Positions 9,205-18,649 of a stretch of DNA of 37,879 bases are shown here, piece after piece (the stretch's first letter is position 1; the number at the start of each line of letters is the position of its first letter). The stretch comes from Actinomycetota bacterium. Lineage in GTDB: Bacteria; Actinomycetota; Actinomycetes; Mycobacteriales; CADCTP01. The notes under the pieces were generated by a model. It made no database searches. It was not told where the DNA came from and worked only from the letters and a program-made list of their open reading frames with translations. The position numbers and the translations under genes are program-made. Location of the stretch: the NCBI GenBank assembly GCA_046744115.1, contig JBKOXW010000039.1, forward strand, positions 1 through 37,879, given 5' to 3'.

Positions 9205-11178
9205 GTGACTGATGGGCGCCACGACGGCGACCTCGACCCGGGTCGGGAGCTCGATGCGATGCTGGCGCGCTGGGAGCAGGAGCGCGAGGGCCTGTACGAG
9301 ACCGACACCTGGCTGGACGACCTGCGCCCGGAACCCGAGCCGCACGAGCCACCGCAGCCGCACGCACCACCGCCGCCGTACGCACCACCACAGCCGCACG
9401 CGCCACCGCCGCCGCCCCTCGGTCCGCACCGGGCACTGCTCGCCCGGCCGGACCCGTGGCGCACCTCACCGCCGTACCGTGAGCCGGACACTGGCGAGCC
9501 GGACTACGACGATCCGGGGCTGCTGACCCACCGGGCGATGTTCGACCCCGACGGGTCGGACCCCGACGGCTTCGACACCCACGGCCATCCGTTCGACCGT
9601 CGGGCGCGTCAGTACGACTTCCCGCCGCCGCCGAACCTGCCGCCCCGGCCGCACCGCGAGCCGTACCCGGGCCTGGGCGACTACCCGCCAGCCGGCCCGC
9701 ATCGCGGCCGGCACCGTCAGGCCGCCTTCGCCCGGCCCCGCTGGCTGGTCGTACTCGGCTGGGTCGGCGCGATCGTCGGCCTGCTCGTGGTGAGCATCGG
9801 CGCCCTGGGCATCTACCAGTACCGGAAGCTGTCCGGCAACATCCATCGCATCGACGCGCTCGCGCCGGACGACCCGTCCATCAAGGACGCGGCCAAGCAG
9901 CGCGACGCGGAGAACTTCCTGCTGATCGGGTCGGACACCCGCGCGGACGGCAACGGCGACGACACCGGCGGCTACGTGACCGGGCAGCGTTCGGACACGA
10001 CGATCCTGGCCCACCTGTCGCCGAGCCGGGACAAGGCACTGCTCGTCAGCTTCCCGCGCGATTCCTGGGTGGACATTCCGGCGTGCCGCCGGACGGACGG
10101 CACGACGAGCCAGCCGACGAAGGGGATGTTCAACTCGGCATTCGAGACGGGCGGCGCAAAGTGCACCGTGCTGACCGTGCAGAAGCTCACCGGCATCTCG
10201 GTCAACCACTACGTGCAGGTCGACTTCACCGGCTTCCGGACGATGGTGGACGCGCTCGGCGGCGTGACGATCTGCTCGAGGGAGAGCGTCTACGACCGGT
10301 ACAGCGGCCTGCGCCTGCGCGAGGGCAACCAGAAGCTCAAGGGCACCCAGGCGCTGGCGTACGTGCGGGCTCGCAAGTCCATCGGGGACGGCTCGGATAT
10401 CAGCCGGATCCAGCGCCAGCAGCGGTTCCTCGGCGCGATGATCCGGGAGGCGACGAGCAGCAAGCTGCTGTTCAACCCGCTCGCGCTGACCCGGTTCCTG
10501 GACGCGGCGACGAAGTCGTTGACGCTGGACAAGGCGACCTCGTTCGGCGATCTCAAGGGACTCGCCGACCAGCTGCGCGATCTCGACCCGAAGCGGGTGA
10601 CGTTCCTCACCGCGCCGATCGCCGACCAGGACTACACCCCGCCCGGCACGAACTACCGCGGCCGCGTGCTGCTCGACGATGTCGCCGGCCGGCGGCTGTG
10701 GGACTCGATCATCAACGACAAGCCCGCGCCGCCGAAGGCGGCGCCGTCGGGCTCGAAGCCGAAGCTCACCGTGAGCGTGCCGCCTGAGGAGGTGTCGGTG
10801 CGGGTGCTCAACGGGGTCGGCGTCGACGGCCTGGCCAGGCGCACCGCGGCGGAGCTGACCAGCGTCGGCTTCGCCGTGACGAACACCGGCAACGGCCCGT
10901 TCGGCACGACCGCGTCGATGGTCCGGCACGCCCCGAACCGGCTGGACGCGGCGCGCACGCTCGCCACCGCGGTCCCGGGCGCGGTGCTGCAGGAGGACGC
11001 CAGCATGGGCCGGACGGTCGAACTCGTGGTGGGCTCGACCTACACCGCGGCCGTGCCGGTGCACGTGGGTGACCCTGTCAAGGCGGGCACGGCCCGTGCC
11101 ACCCCTCCCTCGACCATGCCCGGCCCGTCGCGCAGCCCGCTGCCGTCCATCAACGCCGCCGACCGCACCTGCGGTTAA
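9205..11178 (+). CDS. LCP (LytR-CpsA-Psr) family cell-wall glycopolymer transferase with a LytR_C domain and a long Pro-rich cytoplasmic N-terminus
   Basis: LCP core (FLLIGSDTRADG, RSDTTILAHLSPSRDKALLVSFPRDSWVDIP), one TM segment (WLVVLGWVGAIVGLLVVSIGALGIY) and a C-terminal LytR_C-like part (VRVLNGVGVDGLARRTAAEL). The proposed start is GTG 9205-9207, about 10 nt after GGGAGGG. The track start at 9094 is possible but unlikely. Confidence 0.85.
   Translation: MTDGRHDGDLDPGRELDAMLARWEQEREGLYETDTWLDDLRPEPEPHEPPQPHAPPPPYAPPQPHAPPPPPLGPHRALLARPDPWRTSPPYREPDTGEPDYDDPGLLTHRAMFDPDGSDPDGFDTHGHPFDRRARQYDFPPPPNLPPRPHREPYPGLGDYPPAGPHRGRHRQAAFARPRWLVVLGWVGAIVGLLVVSIGALGIYQYRKLSGNIHRIDALAPDDPSIKDAAKQRDAENFLLIGSDTRADGNGDDTGGYVTGQRSDTTILAHLSPSRDKALLVSFPRDSWVDIPACRRTDGTTSQPTKGMFNSAFETGGAKCTVLTVQKLTGISVNHYVQVDFTGFRTMVDALGGVTICSRESVYDRYSGLRLREGNQKLKGTQALAYVRARKSIGDGSDISRIQRQQRFLGAMIREATSSKLLFNPLALTRFLDAATKSLTLDKATSFGDLKGLADQLRDLDPKRVTFLTAPIADQDYTPPGTNYRGRVLLDDVAGRRLWDSIINDKPAPPKAAPSGSKPKLTVSVPPEEVSVRVLNGVGVDGLARRTAAELTSVGFAVTNTGNGPFGTTASMVRHAPNRLDAARTLATAVPGAVLQEDASMGRTVELVVGSTYTAAVPVHVGDPVKAGTARATPPSTMPGPSRSPLPSINAADRTCG
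9352..9414 (+). repeat. Imperfect in-frame 36-nt-period repeat encoding PQPHAPPPP twice
   Basis: CCGCAGCCGCACGCACCACCGCCGCCG at 9352-9378 and CCACAGCCGCACGCGCCACCGCCGCCG at 9388-9414, both inside the LCP N-terminal region. Confidence 0.7.
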
Positions 11179-11196
11179 CCCACCGAGCGGCTCGGC

Positions 11197-12114
11197 CTAG
11201 CCGAAGCGGCCGGTGATGTAGTCCTCGGTGCGCTTGTCGCTGGGGTTGCTGAAGATCTTCGAGGTCAGGTCGAACTCGACCAGCCGCCCGTGCCGCACGT
11301 TCTTCGCGTCCACCTCGGCGGTGAAGAACGCGGTCTTGTCCGAGACGCGCGCGGCCTGCTGCATGTTGTGGGTGACGATGATGATCGTGAACTGCTCGGC
11401 CAGGCCCTGCATCAGGTCCTCGATCCGGGCGGTGGCGATCGGGTCGAGGGCCGAGCACGGCTCGTCCATCAGGATGACCTCGGGCTTGACCGCGATCGTC
11501 CGGGCGATGCACAGCCGCTGCTGCTGCCCGCCGGACAGGGCCAGCGCGTTCGACTTGAGCTTGTCCCGCACCTCGTCCCACAGCGCCGCGCCGACCAGCG
11601 CCTCCTCGACCATGTCGTCGAGGTTGCCCTTCATCTTGTTCACCCGGGGGCCGTACGCGACGTTGTCGTAGATCGACTTGGGGAACGGGTTCGGCTTCTG
11701 GAAGACCATCCCGATCTGCCGCCGTACCTCGATCGGGTCGATCCCGGCCGAGTACATGTCCTCGTCGTGGTAGAGGATCTTGCCGGCCACCCGAGCGCCG
11801 GGGATCAGGTCGTTCATCCGGTTAAAGCAGCGCAGCACCGTGCTCTTACCACACCCGGACGGGCCGATCATCGCGGTGATCTGGTAGCGCTGGACGGTCA
11901 GCGTCGTGCCGCGGACCGCCTCGTAGTCGCCGTAGAAGACGCTGAGGTCCTCGACGGTGAAGACGGGCTCGGTGTCGACGACCTCACGCTCGCGGTGGAA
12001 CGTGCCGAGCGCGACGGCGCCGGCCCTCTCCTCGCTGGCCGCCGTGTCGCCCTGCTCCTGCTGCTGCGGTTCGGACACATTACCCACCGTGTACGTGTGT
12101 CGGCTCGATGTCAC
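11197..12114 (-). CDS. pstB: Phosphate ABC transporter ATP-binding protein PstB
   Basis: Walker A (GPSGCGKST), signature (LSGGQQQRL), Walker B ([11 protein letters not shown]) and a PstB-typical C-terminus ([10 protein letters not shown]). The first dozen or so codons have poor GC3, so an internal GTG (around 12078) may be the true start. Confidence 0.92.
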   Translation of the reverse strand: MTSSRHTYTVGNVSEPQQQEQGDTAASEERAGAVALGTFHREREVVDTEPVFTVEDLSVFYGDYEAVRGTTLTVQRYQITAMIGPSGCGKSTVLRCFNRMNDLIPGARVAGKILYHDEDMYSAGIDPIEVRRQIGMVFQKPNPFPKSIYDNVAYGPRVNKMKGNLDDMVEEALVGAALWDEVRDKLKSNALALSGGQQQRLCIARTIAVKPEVILMDEPCSALDPIATARIEDLMQGLAEQFTIIIVTHNMQQAARVSDKTAFFTAEVDAKNVRHGRLVEFDLTSKIFSNPSDKRTEDYITGRFG

Positions 12115-12118
12115 TGTG

Positions 12119-13024
12119 TCACCAGCGCTTCTGGTATCGGTTGCGGATGAAGATAGCGATGGAGTTCATCGCCAGCAGGATGGCCAGCAGGAGAACGATG
12201 GTCGCGGCCGCGAGGACGGTGAAGCCCTCGCGCGACTCGCTGGTCCAGTTGAAGATCTGGATCGGCAGAACCGTGTAGAGGCTGTCCAGGCCGGTGGGGT
12301 TGAACGTGACGAACGTGACCGCGCCGAGCAGGATCAGCGGCGCCGCCTCGCCGATCGCGCGGGACAGCGCGAGGATCGACCCGGTCGCGATGCCGGGGAT
12401 TGCGCCGGGCAGGACCTGCCGCCAGATCGTCTGCCACTTGGTGGCGCCGAGCGCGAGCGACCCGTCCCGGATCGAGTTCGGCACCGCCCGGATCGCCTCG
12501 CGGGACGCGATGATCACCACCGGGAGGACGAGCAGCGACAGCGTGAGCGCCGCGGTAATCACCGTGGTGCCGAGCGCCCACTGCCGGGCCAGGATGCCGA
12601 GACCGAGGATGCCGTAGACGATCGACGGCACGGCCGCGAGGTTCTGCAGGTTCAGCTCGATGAGGCGGTTGTACCAGCGGGTGTTGTCCGCGTACTCCTC
12701 CATGTAGATCGCGGCCAGGACCCCGGTCGGCAGGCAGATCAAGGCGGTGAGGCCGATCACCCACAGCGTGCCGAAGATCGCCGACTGGGCGCCGGCCCGA
12801 TCCGGGTTGCGGGCCGACGGCATGTTCTCCCAGAGCCGGGAGTCAAGCCGCGGCCAGCCCTTCTGCACCACGTACACGAGCAGCACGCCGAGGAACACGA
12901 TGCCGACGGCGAGGCTGGACAGCAGCAGCAGGTGGAACGCCATGTCCAGCGGCCGGCGGCGCTCCGCGCCGAGCCGGGCGCGGGACGGGGTCGCGGCCGG
13001 GATGCCAAGCTGGGCGGTCGTCAC
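12119..13024 (-). CDS. pstA: Phosphate ABC transporter permease PstA
   Basis: The C-terminal 301 aa of track ORF 12119..13753 are a polytopic permease ([33 protein letters not shown]). GTG start (rc of 13022-13024) overlaps the pstC stop (GTGA). Confidence 0.9.
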   Translation of the reverse strand: MTTAQLGIPAATPSRARLGAERRRPLDMAFHLLLLSSLAVGIVFLGVLLVYVVQKGWPRLDSRLWENMPSARNPDRAGAQSAIFGTLWVIGLTALICLPTGVLAAIYMEEYADNTRWYNRLIELNLQNLAAVPSIVYGILGLGILARQWALGTTVITAALTLSLLVLPVVIIASREAIRAVPNSIRDGSLALGATKWQTIWRQVLPGAIPGIATGSILALSRAIGEAAPLILLGAVTFVTFNPTGLDSLYTVLPIQIFNWTSESREGFTVLAAATIVLLLAILLAMNSIAIFIRNRYQKRW

Positions 13025-13971
13025 TCGTAGACCTCCCGGTACTTGCGGACCAGGCGGATGCTGATCACGTTCATCACGAACGTGATGATGAACAGCAGCG
13101 CGGCCACCGCGAAGATGGTCTTGTAGTCGATCGACGTGGTCGGCACGTCGCCCTGGCCCGCCTGCGCGATGAACGCGGTCATCGTCTGCATCGCCTGCAG
13201 CGGGTTCCAGTTGACGGTGGAGGTGATGCCCGCCGCGATCGTGACGATCATGGTCTCGCCGATTGCGCGGGAGATGCCGAGGACGAACGCGGCGACGATG
13301 CCGGACAGCGCCGCCGGCACCACCACGCGCAGCGACACGATCATCTTCGACGAGCCCAGGGCGTACGCGCCGTCGCGCAGGCTCTGCGGCACCGCGGACA
13401 TCGCGTCCTCGGACAGCGACGCGACCGTCGGGATGATCATGACACCCATGACCAGGCCGGCGGCCAGCCCGTTGAAGACCGCTGGGCCCTCGCCGACCGG
13501 CCAGATGTCCTGCAGCAGGACGGTGACGAACGTCAGGGCGAAGAAGCCGTACACGACCGTCGGGATGCCGGCCAGCACCTCGAGCGTCGGCTTGAGGACC
13601 TTGCGCACTCCCGGCCGCGCGTACTCGCTGAGGTAGATCGCGGCGAGCAGGCCGAGCGGCACCGCCACCAGGATCGCGATCAGCGTGATCACCAGCGTGC
13701 CGACCAGCAGCGGGAGGACGCCGTAGTGCTTGTCCGCGAACAGCGGGGTCCACTCGGTGCCGGTGAGGAACTCGCCGACGCCGATCTGGCGGAAGAAGTC
13801 GATGGTCGGCGGGATCAGCGAGTAGACGATCCCAATCGTGGTGGCGATCGACACGAGCGCGGCCAGCAGCAGCAGGGCCTGGATCCCCAGCTCCCCGTAG
13901 CGCGGGCGGGACCGCCTCAGGGACGGTGGGGTCCCCGAGGCGGTCGTCGCCTGCGCGGTTGTTCCGGTCAC
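13021..13971 (-). CDS. pstC: Phosphate ABC transporter permease PstC
   Basis: 316-aa polytopic permease (LAAIYLSEYARPGVRKVLKPTLEVLAGIPTVVYGFFAL) in pstS-C-A-B order. Confidence 0.9.
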   Translation of the reverse strand: MTGTTAQATTASGTPPSLRRSRPRYGELGIQALLLLAALVSIATTIGIVYSLIPPTIDFFRQIGVGEFLTGTEWTPLFADKHYGVLPLLVGTLVITLIAILVAVPLGLLAAIYLSEYARPGVRKVLKPTLEVLAGIPTVVYGFFALTFVTVLLQDIWPVGEGPAVFNGLAAGLVMGVMIIPTVASLSEDAMSAVPQSLRDGAYALGSSKMIVSLRVVVPAALSGIVAAFVLGISRAIGETMIVTIAAGITSTVNWNPLQAMQTMTAFIAQAGQGDVPTTSIDYKTIFAVAALLFIITFVMNVISIRLVRKYREVYE

Positions 13972-13987
13972 GCCCGGAGCCGATCCG

Positions 13988-14947
13988 TCACGCGGCGGCC
14001 TTGGACTTCAGGCTCTCGAGCTCGGACTTCAGCGTCGTCCGCTGCTCCTCGTTCAGCGGCACGAACTGGGCGTCCTCGGCGATCGAGGAGTCGTTGTTCA
14101 CGTAGTACTCGACGAACGCCGCCACCTCGGCCCGCTTCATGGCCTCGACCTTCGGGTAGATGAACAGCGGCCGGGCGAGCGGGGTGTACGTGCCGTCCTG
14201 CACGGTCTCCGCGCTCGGCGTCACGCACCCCTTGCCGGAGTTGACCTGGACAGCGTTCAGCTTGTCCTGGTTCTCCTCGAAGTACGTGAAGCCGAAGTAC
14301 CCGAGGCCGCCCTTGGAGCCCTGCACGCCCTGCACGATAACGTTGTCGTTCTCCGAGGGCTGGTAGTCGGTCCGGCTGGCGCCCTCCTCACCGTTGATCG
14401 CGTCGGTGAAATAGTCGAACGTGCCGGAGTCGGTGCCCGGGCCGAACAGCTGCAGCGGCTCGTCCGGGAACGACGGGTCCACCTCGTTCCAGTTCTTGAC
14501 CTTGGACTTGGGCTCCCAGATCTTCTTCAGCTGGTCCGTGGTCAGGCAGGTGGCAAAGGTGTTCTCCTTGTTCACCACCACGGTGAGGGCGTCGTTGGCG
14601 ACGACCAGCTCCGAGTACTCGATGTTCTTGGCCGTGCAGGCTGCCTTCTCGTCGTCGTCGATCGGACGCGAGGCGTCGGAGATGTCGGTCTCGCCGTTGC
14701 AGAACTTCTCGAAGCCGCCACCGGTGCCGGAGGTGCCGACGGTGACCTGGACGTTGGGCTGCTCGCCCTGAAACAGCTCGGCCGCCGTGCTGGTCAGCGG
14801 CTCCACCGTGCTCGAGCCGTCGATCTTGACGCTGCCGCTGAGCTGCTCGCCGCCCCCGCCGCCGTTGTCGTCGTCACCGCCACAGGCGCTTAGTGCGAGC
14901 GCGGCCGCGATGAGGCCGGCGACGAGGCCGTGCCGCTGGAATCTCAC
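13988..14947 (-). CDS. pstS: Phosphate-binding lipoprotein PstS
   Basis: PstS-like mature sequence (KIDGSSTVEPL, GTSGTGGGFEKFC). I start it at VRFQRHGLVAGLIAAALALSAC (GTG, rc of 14945-14947), 8 nt after GGAGGGG. This gives a signal peptide plus a lipobox Cys. The track start at 15103 lies inside the promoter region. Confidence 0.9.
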   Translation of the reverse strand: MRFQRHGLVAGLIAAALALSACGGDDDNGGGGGEQLSGSVKIDGSSTVEPLTSTAAELFQGEQPNVQVTVGTSGTGGGFEKFCNGETDISDASRPIDDDEKAACTAKNIEYSELVVANDALTVVVNKENTFATCLTTDQLKKIWEPKSKVKNWNEVDPSFPDEPLQLFGPGTDSGTFDYFTDAINGEEGASRTDYQPSENDNVIVQGVQGSKGGLGYFGFTYFEENQDKLNAVQVNSGKGCVTPSAETVQDGTYTPLARPLFIYPKVEAMKRAEVAAFVEYYVNNDSSIAEDAQFVPLNEEQRTTLKSELESLKSKAAA

Positions 14948-15075
14948 GTGCTTGTCCCCTCCGAAGAGAACCGTTGGAATGCCCCGCCGGCCTGCTGCCG
15001 GAGGCGCGTGCGGTCGACCGGCCCGTGCCGGCGACCTCCCGCACGCTAAGGAGGCCAGGTTGCGCGGTGGGCCAG

Positions 15076-15152
15076 TCAGGGTGAACGGAAGTTGAACATG
15101 CAACTACGACGAAGCAACCGCTCCAGGGCAACGGGGTAACACGGGCATGAAC
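15076..15152 (-). promoter_or_regulatory. PHO-box array (PhoP operator) upstream of pstS, with a candidate -10 TAGCGT (rc of 15043-15048)
   Basis: Read on the minus strand in 11-nt units: GTTCATGCCCG / TGTTACCCCGT / TGCCCTGGAGC / GGTTGCTTCGT / CGTAGTTGCAT / GTTCAACTTCC / GTTCACCCTGA. Units 1, 6 and 7 match the actinomycete PHO direct repeat GTTCAYY. Units 2 and 4 are degenerate. All units are in 11-nt phase. Confidence 0.65.
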
Positions 15153-15164
15153 AGGCCCGCCCGG

Positions 15165-16115
15165 TCACCGCGGCGAGCGCCGGTACCGTACGTCAACGTC
15201 CCAGCGGGTGAAACCCAAACGCTCGTAGAGCCGTAGCGCCGCGGTGTTGGTGTCGTCGACGTACAGCATGACCTGCGACAGACCGCGGGCGCGCAGGTGG
15301 CGCAGCCCGGCCACGGTGAGCGCGGGACCGAGCCCCTGGCCCTGCGCGGACGGGTCGACGCCGAGCACATACACCTCGCCGATCGGCTCGTGCGGGTGCT
15401 CGCCGTTGGTGCCCGCCGGAGGAGGGCCGCCGCCGTGCACCTTCGTCCAGTGGAACCCGACCAGCCGGCCGTCTGAGGTGCGCTCGGCGAGCAGGAAGCC
15501 GGCCGGGTCGAACCACGGCTCCCGCTCGCGTACCCGGATGTCCTCGACGGTCCAGCCGCCCTGGTCCGGGTGGTCGGCGAAGGCCCTGTTGTTCACCTCG
15601 ACCCAGGCCTGCTCGTCCTGGCCGACGGCGAACGGGCGGACCCGCACGCCCGCCGGCAGCGGCGCCTCCGGTAGCTGGGCGAGCAGCGACCGGCGCAGCT
15701 GCCAGAGCACGCGCTCGGAGACGTAGCCGCGGCTGCGGGCGAGCGCCGCCGCGTCCGCATGCCGCCCGTGCGCCCATAGCCGCAGCCGGCCGTCCGGGCT
15801 GGCCGCCTCGAGCGCGTCGATCAGCGCCCCCCCGATGCCGCGGCGACGGTGCGCCGGGTGCACCGCGAGCTCCGCGCTCGGTCCCTCCACCAGGTCGGTC
15901 ACGTCCAGGTGGGCGTATGCGACCAGGTGCTCGTCGCGGTAGGCGAGCAGGTTGCGCGCCTCCCGGTCGCCGCCATGCCGCAGGTGAAGCAGCACGTGCT
16001 CGGAGACCGGGCTCACCCCGTCGGCGTCGCTGACCGCCTGGATCAGTGCCAGCACCGCGGCGACCTCGTCCGGGGCCAGCTGCTGGCGCAGCACGACCTC
16101 CGGTGTCGCCGTCAC
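15165..16115 (-). CDS. mshD: Mycothiol synthase (tandem-GNAT acetyltransferase) MshD
   Basis: 316 aa in two GNAT-like halves (AVHPAHRRRGIGGALI and LGVDPSAQGQGLGPAL). Its position between pst and glnR matches M. tuberculosis Rv0818-Rv0820 (from memory). Confidence 0.8.
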   Translation of the reverse strand: MTATPEVVLRQQLAPDEVAAVLALIQAVSDADGVSPVSEHVLLHLRHGGDREARNLLAYRDEHLVAYAHLDVTDLVEGPSAELAVHPAHRRRGIGGALIDALEAASPDGRLRLWAHGRHADAAALARSRGYVSERVLWQLRRSLLAQLPEAPLPAGVRVRPFAVGQDEQAWVEVNNRAFADHPDQGGWTVEDIRVREREPWFDPAGFLLAERTSDGRLVGFHWTKVHGGGPPPAGTNGEHPHEPIGEVYVLGVDPSAQGQGLGPALTVAGLRHLRARGLSQVMLYVDDTNTAALRLYERLGFTRWDVDVRYRRSPR

Positions 16116-16143
16116 ACCTGGACGCTACAGCGGTCGTCGCCGG

Positions 16144-16851
16144 TTAGCCGGGGATCGTGGCGGCGTCGCTGGCGGGCGCCGGCGGCTGCCGGACGAACTT
16201 GTAGCCGACGTTGCGCACGGTGCCGATCAGTTGCTCGTGCTCGGGGCCGAGCTTGGCGCGCAGCCGGCGGACGTGCACGTCGACCGTGCGGGTGCCGCCG
16301 TAGTAGTCGTAGCCCCAGACCTCCTGCAGCAGCTGGGCCCGAGAGAACACCCGACCCGGGTGCTGGGCGAGGAACTTCAGCAGCTCGAACTCCTTGTACG
16401 TCAGATCGAGCGGTCGGCCGCGCAGCCGGCAGGTGTAGGTCGTCTCGTCGATGGTGAGGTCGCCGGCCCGGACCACGCCGCCCTCGCCCGGGGCCGTGGC
16501 GGACATCCGGCGGCTGACCGCGAGCCGCAGCCGGGCCTCGACCTCGGCGGGGCCGGCCGTGTCGAGCAGCACGTCGTCGACCCCCCAGTCGGCGTTGACC
16601 GCGGCCAGGCCGCCCTCGGTGAGGACGGCCAGCAGCGGCGCCGGCACGCCGGCGGTCTGCAGCAGCCGGGTCAAGCTGCGCGCGTCGGCGAGGTTGTGCC
16701 GGGCGTCGACCAACACCGCGTCCCCGGGCGACGTGTCGAGCAGCACCGTGACCTCCGGGGCCACCACCCGCACCTGGTGGGCGAGCAGCCCGAGCGCGGG
16801 CATGACCTCGGTGGTCGGCTGCGAGGCCGCGGTCATCAGCAGCAGGTCCAC
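16144..16851 (-). CDS. glnR: OmpR-family orphan response regulator, GlnR-like nitrogen regulator
   Basis: Winged-helix C-terminus ([53 protein letters not shown]) and an atypical receiver domain. GTG start (rc of 16849-16851) is preceded by GAGGGGAG. Synteny with mshD. Confidence 0.75.
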   Translation of the reverse strand: MDLLLMTAASQPTTEVMPALGLLAHQVRVVAPEVTVLLDTSPGDAVLVDARHNLADARSLTRLLQTAGVPAPLLAVLTEGGLAAVNADWGVDDVLLDTAGPAEVEARLRLAVSRRMSATAPGEGGVVRAGDLTIDETTYTCRLRGRPLDLTYKEFELLKFLAQHPGRVFSRAQLLQEVWGYDYYGGTRTVDVHVRRLRAKLGPEHEQLIGTVRNVGYKFVRQPPAPASDAATIPG

Positions 16852-16976
16852 GGAACGGCTCCCCTCGCGCCGGGCATCTCCAGCTACTTCAGGTACGACG
16901 AACGGGACCCCTTGGCGGAGCCTCGTCGCGTCGAGGCGCCATCGCCCGGATCCCGTCGTGCGCAAGGATAACGTAC

Positions 16977-17780
16977 GTGTCCCGGGCCGACCCAGCAGCC
17001 GACGAGGTGCATGTCGCCGCGGCCGACGGCGTCCGGCTGTTCGGCCGGCACGTGCGTCCCGGCCCAGCCGCTCACCCCGACCTCGGGGTGGTGCTCTGCC
17101 ACGGGTTCACCTGGTCGGCCTCGCGGCCCAGGGTGCGGGCGATCGCCGGCCGGCTGGCCCGCCGCGCCGGCGTACTCGCCTGCGACTTCCGCGGGCACGG
17201 CCGGTCCGGCGGGCGGTCCACGGTCGGCGACGCCGAGGTGCTCGACGTGGACGCGCCGGTCGCCTGGATGCGCCGGCACGGCTACCGGCGGGTGGCGACG
17301 GTCGGCTTCTCCATGGGCGGATCGGTGGTGCTGCGGCACGCGGCGCGCGCCGCGACCACCGCGGGACTGGTGCCGGAGTCCGCGGTGGACGCAGTGGTCA
17401 GCGTCAGCGCGCCGAGCCGCTGGTACGTCCGCGACACCGTGCCGATGCGCCGGATCCACTGGCTGTGCGAGACGGCCGCCGGCCGGCTCACCACCGCCAC
17501 GCTGCTGCGCACCCGGCTGAACGGCCGCTGGGTGCAGGTGCCGGAGTCGCCGGTGGAGGTGGTCGGCCGCATTCCGCCGACCCCGCTGCTGATCGTGCAC
17601 GGCGACCGGGACGCGTTCTTTCCGGTCGAGCACGGCTGGGCGCTGGCCGACGCCGCCGGCGGCGAGCTGTGGCTCGAGGCCGGGTTCGGGCACGCGGAGG
17701 GCGCCGCCACGCCCGCCCTGGTCGACCGCATCGCCGCCTGGCTGGCCGAGCGGGTCGCGCCCGGGGAGCCGGCGCGGTGA
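16977..17780 (+). CDS. Alpha/beta-fold hydrolase
   Basis: 267 aa with an HG oxyanion motif (VVLCHGF), a nucleophile elbow (GFSMGG) and late Asp/His candidates (HGDRD, FGHAEG). GTG start at 16977. Confidence 0.8.
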   Translation: MSRADPAADEVHVAAADGVRLFGRHVRPGPAAHPDLGVVLCHGFTWSASRPRVRAIAGRLARRAGVLACDFRGHGRSGGRSTVGDAEVLDVDAPVAWMRRHGYRRVATVGFSMGGSVVLRHAARAATTAGLVPESAVDAVVSVSAPSRWYVRDTVPMRRIHWLCETAAGRLTTATLLRTRLNGRWVQVPESPVEVVGRIPPTPLLIVHGDRDAFFPVEHGWALADAAGGELWLEAGFGHAEGAATPALVDRIAAWLAERVAPGEPAR

Positions 17781-18616
17781 GCCATGCGGCGCCGCCGTCG
17801 CCGGACGACCTGACCCGGACCGAGCTGTACGCCGCGGCCGGCGTTGCCGCGGCGCTCACGGCTGGTCTCGCCGTGCCGGCCTGGTTCGGCGCGGTCCCGC
17901 TCGCCGTCGCCGTCGGCGTGGTGCAGGCACTGCTGGTCATCGCGTGGGTGATCGGCACCGCGCTGCCGGGCCGAATCGGCGGTCTGCTCATCGGGGCCGG
18001 CACCGCCGCCGCGGCCGACATCGCGGTGCTCGAGCGCCCCCGAGCCTCGCTGTCGGTACTGCTCGGCGTGCTCGGGGTCGCATTCGCGGTGCTCCTCGTG
18101 CACCAGCTCGCCCGTGGCGTGGTGCGGGTGCGGGTCACCGAGTCGGTCTCCGGGGTCGCCGCGCTGTGCACCGCGGTGGCGGCGCTCAGCGCGCTGATCG
18201 CCCTGCTCCGCGGCCCGGACGGCGCGCGGCTGACCTCGGCCGCCGTGCTCGCCACCGGAGTCGGGCTGGTGGTCGGGTACCTGGTCGACTCGGTGCTCCC
18301 GCTGGTCCGGTTCAGCGCGGAGGTCCCGCAGGGCGTGCTCGGGGTCCTGCTGGCCGGTGCGACCGGCGCCATCGCCGGCGCGCTGCACGGGTTCGGGTCG
18401 ATACGGGTCGACCTGGCCGGCGTGGCGATCCTCGGCGGCGGGACGGCGGCGGTGGCCGCGCTGGTGGCCGTCGGCGTCGGGTACATCGCGCAGGTCGCGC
18501 AGCCGCGGCGGATCCGGTTCGGCTTCCTCGCCCTGCCGTACCTGCGGGCTGCGCTGCCGTTCGCGTTCGCGGCCCCGGTGGCGTACCTGATCGGCCTGTC
18601 CGTCTCCGCCGGGTAG
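17777..18616 (+). CDS. Polytopic integral membrane protein, unknown function
   Basis: The last 279 aa of track ORF 16451..18616 are Gly/Ala/Val/Leu-rich with about 7-8 hydrophobic segments and high GC3. GTG 17777-17779 overlaps the hydrolase stop (GTGA). Confidence 0.65.
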   Translation: MSHAAPPSPDDLTRTELYAAAGVAAALTAGLAVPAWFGAVPLAVAVGVVQALLVIAWVIGTALPGRIGGLLIGAGTAAAADIAVLERPRASLSVLLGVLGVAFAVLLVHQLARGVVRVRVTESVSGVAALCTAVAALSALIALLRGPDGARLTSAAVLATGVGLVVGYLVDSVLPLVRFSAEVPQGVLGVLLAGATGAIAGALHGFGSIRVDLAGVAILGGGTAAVAALVAVGVGYIAQVAQPRRIRFGFLALPYLRAALPFAFAAPVAYLIGLSVSAG

Positions 18617-18649
18617 ACCAGCACGGGACTGCACCCGGCCTGCTAGGGA

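Noticed and set aside
16451-18616. Very long track ORFs in alternative frames or antisense to the genes I call, for example 16451..18616 (721 aa), 20098..21300 (-), 21771..23171 (-), 24049..25761 (+), 25855..28032 (+), 29102..31414 (-) and 17282..18634 (-).
   Set aside because: Their translations are Arg/Pro/Gly/Ala-rich low-complexity strings, typical of off-frame reading in 70%+ GC DNA. They overlap frames with clear family motifs and high GC3. Only the C-terminal part of 16451..18616 is kept, as the membrane protein 17777..18616.
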